DNA from: Podarcis filfolensis
Lineage: Eukaryota
Strand: one strand, 5' to 3'
Length of the DNA stretch: 64,000 bases
Assembly (NCBI GenBank): GCA_964270895.1
Contig: OZ185436.1
The position numbers were made by a program, and so were the translations under genes. Each line of letters starts with the position of its first letter. The first letter of the stretch is position 1. The notes under the pieces are model-generated. The model was not told the origin of the DNA, did not search any database, and saw only the letters and a program-made list of their open reading frames with translations. Of the stretch, positions 59,501-64,000 are shown piece after piece.

Positions 59501-62500
59501 TCAGGAACATAAGCTTCTTCTGTGACCTATTGTAGAAAAAAAGTTATTGTCATTTTAGGAGTTCTAGCACAAAACAGTTTGCTTAGCTATTTTTGATCAG
59601 TCCAGACAGTTGCATCCAGAATGAAGACACCACTCAACTGCAGACTGTTGACCACCACACAAAGCTTTGCTCCCATTCATTGTTTAACGTGAAAAACATT
59701 CAGAAGAGAGTTTTAAAAACATACAAAATGGAAGAGTAAAAGATGCAAGGATAGCTCCGTCCAAAGGAACACTGAAGCTGGCTATGGTCTGGAAGAAAGT
59801 TGTGGTTTTTTAAAGCAGAAGAGAAACCAAAACAAAGCCAGAGCAACATGGTCAGTGACAATACTCTAGGAAGAAGCCGTTCACCATCTGAAGTCAAGAA
59901 GAAAATAGCTCCCTAAGGACAAAGTACCACAGATGCACCGTTTAAAATGATTGTGATGTTAAGAGTTGTTAAATATATATATATATATGAAGGAAGGTTC
60001 TGAATCAAACCCAAGTTGCCCCAAAGTAGCTTTTTGATCACCAGTAAGATATGACAAGAAAGCAAGCTTAAACAGACCCAAGAGGCAGGATGTCAACTCT
60101 TGCATGGAACACGGAAGACAGTGTAAAAAAACAAAACTAGGTACCCAGGGATGGAATCCAGGGGGACATGCTGCATTTAGTGGCTCCTGAGACAACACTG
60201 CAACTTCATCTGCATCTGTAGCCTAGTTAGTGGCAAAAGGCAAGGTATAGTTTTAAAAACCCTCTTCATTCATAGAGCTTATAAAAAACATCGCAACTTA
60301 AGAGGTACATATGAAAGCAGCTACACCAGAAGCAGAATGCAAGGGTTCCATGGCACTTCCAAGCTAGCCACCTTCCCTCTCTTCCACATGAAACGAGAAT
60401 GTGCCCCAAAGCCCTTTGTGACGGAACTCCATTCTTGCGCAATCACTCTGTGTTGGGCTGACTTCTTGCTCACAGTTCCCAACTAGCTGGGACCACAACG
60501 GCGAAGAGCCCTGAACAAGGGGGAAAGTGGTACAACAGCACATCTGAACAGAAGAATGGTATCCGACACTAGGGTTTTGTGAGGTAGTATTTCTCATAGC
60601 CGAAAAAAACACTGCTTTGTCCACAAGAACCACATAGGCAAAACACTCACCTCACTCCAAATGCTAATTTAGGCTGCAATCCTAGCGCCACTTACCTGTG
60701 AGTTTGTCCTACTGAACTCAACAGAACTTTCTTCTCATTACTCTTGATAAAGATTGGACTAACAGGCTGCAAACGACTGTGTCAAACTTCATGTGACTTA
60801 TTAAAGCTAACGTGCTCACTACTTATCAGTCTACTCTTAAGTTCACGCAAAGGGTTTCAAAACCAAAAGCCAGGTATCTTACCATGACAGTGAAGGGGCT
60901 GTTTGGAATGTCCACGCCACCGAAGCGGACATGAATTACATAGGTTCCTGGTTTAGCAGCTGTATAATAGATGTCATATGTTCCATCCTCGTTTTCAATG
61001 ACCTCTGCTTCAACTTCTGTACCCTCTGGTGTCAGGACAGTGCACGTCACTTTGCCCTTGCCTGCAGATTTAGCATCAACCACAAAGCCTACTTCCTCTC
61101 CTGACTTCACTGTGTCTGCAATGCCAGGACCTAGGAGATAAATGGTATGGTGAGCATCAGGGCAGATTCTCATATCTTCTGCCAAGAAAGTCCTGTGCAG
61201 TTTCCTTTTGGACACCTGCATTATGAAACACACAACAAGTTAATCCAAACTTCTGCAGACAAGCAAGCCTAAACCAGGCTTTTGTCATGAAACCTTTGCA
61301 AACCACCCCAGCCATAGCGCAAGGTCCCCTGGGTGCATGTGGAGGTGGATGAAGGGAGGAAGAGATTCAGTTGCACCTCCAGCTCCATTTCTCCTTTATC
61401 TGGCACTCGTAACACATCAAAAGCATTTTTCACACAAGACAGCAATGTTTTACAGATGAGAATTTTTATCAGGGTACCACAGCATACTTTGATAAGGAGA
61501 GGTCTGTAAGTTTGTAAACACTGAAGTAGTTTGGCTTAACTTTAAAGGAGCCCTGCACGATTTGCCATCTGCATGAGCAACACAAAGCTTTATTCATGCA
61601 GAAAGCATGATGCTTGTTGTCAGCTTTCAAACGACAGGTTGCTGTTTGTAAGGTGGGGAGTGTGAAAAGAAGTAGGTGGCTATTGCAGCAGAGACAGCTG
61701 CTCTTTCCCTTGAAGCCCACTGTGCCCCCTTAATGCCTTTAAACAACCAGAAGATGTCACGACATAAACCCTACCAGAAACGGACCGCTGTGGATCAAGG
61801 CAACCGTGCAGTCACTCCTTTGGTGCAAACATGGTCTTTCCCTGCAGTCAACCCTAGGCTCTAGCATTAGAGCTTTGCTTCAGGCTGTAATGGATGCTTT
61901 CCTAAGAGACTGGCATGCTTACCAACACTTCCACATTCTTTGTGCTTGAAATATGCCTATTGGGGGCCCACGGTTGGCATCTGGCCACAGGCTCCACTCT
62001 GAACTAATTCTGCAGCAGACTTTTGGGCTCAACATATTCTTGCATCAAGCTGCAGTCACCAAGGGGAATCACTGTGCATGGTGAAGGGGTGCACAGCTCA
62101 GTGGTAGAGCATCTGCTTTGCATGCAGAAGGGCTCAGGTTTAATCCCTGGCATCTCCAGGTAGGGCTGAGAAGGCCCTTTACATGAAACCACTGTCAGTC
62201 AGTGTAAGGCAAAACTAAGCCAGATGAACCAAAAGTCAGACCTAGTGCAAGGTATTTTGTTTGTTTAAAGGCTGTACATCAAAATGCTATCTTGGGACAA
62301 ATGCAGATTTTAAAAGTTACTGTTTAAGTATGTGTGCTGATCATATAGGGCAGGTAGCCCATTTCACTTCAATATATCTGTACAAAGGCTTTTAGGAGAG
62401 CAGTTTGCATAGTTTGCCCGACTCCAGTACTCTTATAAAACACTTGCTTAGTGAGAAAACAGAACGAATTTACCTGTTGCCTGACACTTGCTAGCATCTC

Positions 62501-64000
62501 CTGCTGGTGACACACGAATTCGGTATGGAGAAAGGGGGATATCATCCCCACCGTATTTAATGCCAACTGAGTAGCGACCAGTCTTGTCAGGGAGGTAAGT
62601 GACTGCATAAGTGCCATCTTGGTTGTCTTGGACGTCAACCCTCTTTGGTTTGCCTTCTTGGTCCTGAATGCCAGAAGCGAAGCCACAATCAGCAAGAAAG
62701 CCTCAATCACAAAGAAGACGCAGAGCGTAAGCTCTAAGAACAGCAGGTGTTCAGGTTTACATCTACCCTGAACTTGACAGTTTCTATAACATGCTGGTTT
62801 TTTATTTTCAAGGGGACCTGGTATTTAAGCAATCAAAGGGCAGTTTGAGGTTGACATGGAAGTTCAAACGAATGTGATTTGCTGCTGCCTGTAAAAGCCA
62901 ATCTCGTGACAAGAAAAAATCCTTAGGACAAGACTTGGCAGTAAATATCCACATTGCCTGGACCCTGCAAGAAATATCACAGGCTTTGGATGAGCAATGT
63001 GCAATTGGCTTGCTTCTGTGGGTAATGCAAACACTTTCCATGTTACACTGGAAGCAGTCATTTTTGTTAACCTGTTCCTTCTTGATTAAGAATGGTCTAG
63101 GTTTATACTGAAACAGGAGTCTAATGCAAGACTATTGCATATCATAATGCCACCAGACAGCTTTTAGATGTTGTATCTGTGCAATAGCTGCAAGTCAAAG
63201 GTCCTCTGGGTAAAATGCAAGCTCTACTCTTCCATTATTTTTTTATAACAAGTTTTCATAGCACTGCTTATTAGACAGGGGAATGGGGCACCATGCATTA
63301 TTCTGGCTAATACATAATTGTTTGCTTTAACAGCTTTAATGCGCTGTGGGGGTTAACTAGTATCCCTCGAAACCAAGGTTTGTCTTTGCAAATGCTCATG
63401 ACAAAGCTGCCTTGAAACAGAGCCCAGAACAGCTATGATTACCTCTGAAGTATGTACTGGCCCTTCCACAAAACCTTGTCTATGTTCATTCATGGTGAAA
63501 ACTGCAGACTGGCCTAGTTTATGGGGATCTGAAAAGGCTAGGAATAGTTCACATCAAAAAGCACTGTACTATGTCCAGGGCACCCTCTCTCTATTAGGAG
63601 CCACAAGCTTTGCCTAGAAATAGTCGGCACACAGTAGCCTTGCTAAATTTGGGTGATATATAAAGCGAGCGAAGTTTGCCCACTGATACTTTTAAAGGAA
63701 AGCTTTAAGGGCACTGCTGAATGGAGGTCTGCACTGTTGAACCCCCACTGATGCTCAGCAGTGCACCAGAAGGAAACATTCTAGTTCTCCTACTCAAAAT
63801 ACCAGAGGTCTTTGAGTTCAGTGTGTGAAGATTCAGCTCCTGCGTTAAATGGTCAACAGTAGGAAGAAATTGTATCTTACGGTCACATGCACTGAGAGAA
63901 GTCCTTGGCCTGCATCTCTAGCATCAACAGCAAACTCAGTGGGCATGCTGGCAGGAACCCCATGGGAGCTTAGCCCTGGCCCACTCGCCGTCACTTTACT
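41367..64000 (-). CDS. FLNB: Filamin B, 3-prime part (20 exons, Ig repeats 14-24 with hinges 1 and 2); the 5-prime part lies beyond the window
   Basis: Twenty GT-AG exons give a continuous 3264-nt frame ending [12 protein letters not shown]. The C-terminus ([33 protein letters not shown]) and the hinge-1 motif ACPPGFHPW match FLNB rather than FLNA or FLNC. Synteny with DNASE1L3 agrees. Confidence 0.98.
41992..42120. mobile_element. Palindromic hAT-type MITE
   Basis: TIR CAGGCTTTCCCAAACTTG, TSD CTTTCGAT / CTTTAGAT. Confidence 0.88.
42320..42523 (-). CDS. FLNB: FLNB exon 45 eq., hinge 2 and start of repeat 24 ([15 protein letters not shown]...VDCSKA)
   Basis: ctctgtag| ... G|gtaact, 204 nt. 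Confidence 0.96.
42723..42941 (-). CDS. FLNB: FLNB exon 44 eq., Ig repeat 23 ([16 protein letters not shown]...GSPFKAKVT)
   Basis: ctttccag| ... G|gtaaga, 219 nt. Confidence 0.96.
43292..43427. mobile_element. 136-bp palindromic hAT-type MITE
   Basis: TIR CAGGCACCCCC.ACCT, perfect 8-bp TSD GGCAAGTG. Confidence 0.92.
43491..43641. mobile_element. Short interspersed MITE-like repeat, copy 2
   Basis: Same termini as 28697-28843. Confidence 0.7.
44235..44411 (-). CDS. FLNB: FLNB exon 43 eq. ([23 protein letters not shown]...GLESGVT)
   Basis: gtattgcag| ... G|gtgagt, 177 nt. Confidence 0.96.
45029..45159. mobile_element. Palindromic hAT-type MITE, right terminus clipped
   Basis: Left TIR CAGGCTTTCTCAACCTC. 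The right end lacks the final CCTG. Flanks are ATCTACAG / GTCTACAA. Confidence 0.8.
45617..45749 (-). CDS. FLNB: FLNB exon 42 eq. ([44 protein letters not shown])
   Basis: gttgttag| ... G|gtaagg, 133 nt. Confidence 0.96.
46080..46457 (+). mobile_element. L2-type LINE 3-prime end
   Basis: Residual ORF2 ([47 protein letters not shown]) and the tail gccgccctgagcc...gggtataaataaaatt(att)n. Confidence 0.75.
48103..48218 (-). CDS. FLNB: FLNB exon 41 eq. ([39 protein letters not shown]), ending in the Q/R editing codon
   Basis: ttcttccag| ... CAG|gtgaga, 116 nt. Confidence 0.96.
48311..48448 (-). CDS. FLNB: FLNB exon 40 eq. ([22 protein letters not shown]...YTAQEP)
   Basis: ttttaacag| ... G|gtatgg, 138 nt. 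Confidence 0.96.
48681..48947 (-). CDS. FLNB: FLNB exon 39 eq. ([16 protein letters not shown]...[10 protein letters not shown])
   Basis: tttttttag| ... G|gtaaga, 267 nt. Confidence 0.96.
51504..51626 (-). CDS. FLNB: FLNB exon 38 eq., the 41-aa var-1 segment ([41 protein letters not shown])
   Basis: tactaactacag| ... G|gtaagt, 123 nt, phase 1-1. Confidence 0.96.
52329..52481 (-). CDS. FLNB: FLNB exon 37 eq. ([18 protein letters not shown]...KFADEHIP)
   Basis: cttttctag| ... G|gtaaga, 153 nt. Confidence 0.96.
52890..53093 (-). CDS. FLNB: FLNB exon 36 eq. ([20 protein letters not shown]...FIVDTRDA)
   Basis: tctggcag| ... G|gtcagt, 204 nt. Confidence 0.96.
53200..53560 (-). mobile_element. 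Sauria SINE, full length
   Basis: (ACCTTT)n tail and an 8-bp TSD CTGGAAGA (53192-53199, 53561-53568). Closely similar to 7671-8008. Confidence 0.92.
53725..53883 (-). CDS. FLNB: FLNB exon 35 eq. ([53 protein letters not shown])
   Basis: cttcttaaag| ... G|gtaagt, 159 nt. Confidence 0.96.
54360..54533 (-). CDS. FLNB: FLNB exon 34 eq. ([17 protein letters not shown]...GSPFTAKIT)
   Basis: gtgacag| ... G|gtacga, 174 nt. Confidence 0.96.
55337..55465 (-). CDS. FLNB: FLNB exon 33 eq. ([43 protein letters not shown])
   Basis: ctttgcag| ... G|gtaagt, 129 nt. Confidence 0.96.
57474..57614 (-). CDS. FLNB: FLNB exon 32 eq. ([21 protein letters not shown]...YMGSHIP)
   Basis: gttttcag| ... G|gtgagt, 141 nt. 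Confidence 0.96.
58001..58441 (-). mobile_element. 5-prime-truncated L1 LINE with poly(A) and 17-bp TSD
   Basis: ORF2 end [41 protein letters not shown], homologous to the 22.4-23.0 kb copy. TSD CAAAGCTGACTGTTTTC at 57984-58000 and 58442-58458. Confidence 0.88.
58462..58875 (+). mobile_element. L2-type LINE 3-prime end
   Basis: Residual ORF2 ([16 protein letters not shown]) and the tail tgtgaacagccctgagatctatggatgaagggtggtat; a second tail follows to about 58970. Confidence 0.75.
59424..59526 (-). CDS. FLNB: FLNB exon 31 eq. ([34 protein letters not shown])
   Basis: tacaatag| ... G|gtaaac, 103 nt. Confidence 0.95.
60145..60222 (-). CDS. FLNB: FLNB hinge-1 exon (exon 30 eq.), [26 protein letters not shown]
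   Basis: actaactag| ... TGG|gtacct, 78 nt, phase 0-0, ACPPGFxPW motif. Confidence 0.93.
60883..61130 (-). CDS. FLNB: FLNB exon 29 eq., Ig repeat 15 ([16 protein letters not shown]...IPNSPFTVM)
   Basis: ctcctag| ... ATG|gtaaga, 248 nt. Confidence 0.96.
62081..62255 (+). mobile_element. tRNA-derived (Squam3-like) SINE
   Basis: cacagctcagtggtagagcatctgctttgcatgcagaagg...catctccaggtagggctg head and a matching tail. Confidence 0.72.
62474..62663 (-). CDS. FLNB: FLNB exon 28 eq. ([63 protein letters not shown])
   Basis: cattcag| ... G|gtaaat, 190 nt. Confidence 0.96.
63881..64000 (-). CDS. FLNB: FLNB exon (human exon 27 equivalent), truncated by the window edge ([40 protein letters not shown])
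   Basis: Open frame, donor ACC|gtaaga. Confidence 0.95.

Noticed and set aside
60580-60601. TGAGGTAGTA matches the first 10 nt of let-7
   Set aside because: The rest of the 22-mer diverges (TTTCTCATAGCC) and no continuous pre-miRNA stem forms with the downstream sequence. A 10-mer match is plausible by chance.
41367-64000. Possibility that the filamin is FLNC, since SPMIP1 neighbours FLNC in human
   Set aside because: The C-terminal repeat, the hinge-1 motif, the absence of the FLNC repeat-20 insertion and the linkage to DNASE1L3 all indicate FLNB.
1-64000. CRISPR arrays, rRNA, snoRNA or endogenous viral ORFs
   Set aside because: None seen. The periodic sequences are microsatellites or transposon termini, and no long unexplained ORF exists.

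Overview
Squamate genomic DNA, probably a lacertid lizard judging from its Sauria SINE, BovB and Squam-type repeats. It is the DNASE1L3-FLNB locus. (1) A complete 8-exon DNASE1L3 lies on + (CDS 5972-20611, 298 aa, all introns GT-AG, catalytic residues intact, Arg-only basic tail). (2) The last 20 exons of filamin B lie on - (64000 down to the stop at 41367, 1087 codons from Ig repeat 14 to 24). They include the hinge-1 exon, the 41-aa var-1 exon and the Q/R RNA-editing codon. (3) Between the two genes is an intact two-exon SPMIP1/ATP6V1FNB-family gene on - (37326-36870 + 34884-34766, 191 aa). I know of no protein-coding counterpart at the human FLNB-DNASE1L3 interval, and it is probably the FLNB-linked paralogue of the FLNC-linked human SPMIP1. 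(4) A speculative, frame-compatible chain of small plus-strand exon-like segments lies at 29697-33140. The rest is intron or intergenic DNA rich in L1, L2, CR1, RTE/BovB fragments, SINEs, hAT and Tigger-like MITEs and one probable solo LTR. Exon boundaries were read by hand from the sequence. Family names and human comparisons come from recalled knowledge, not database searches.
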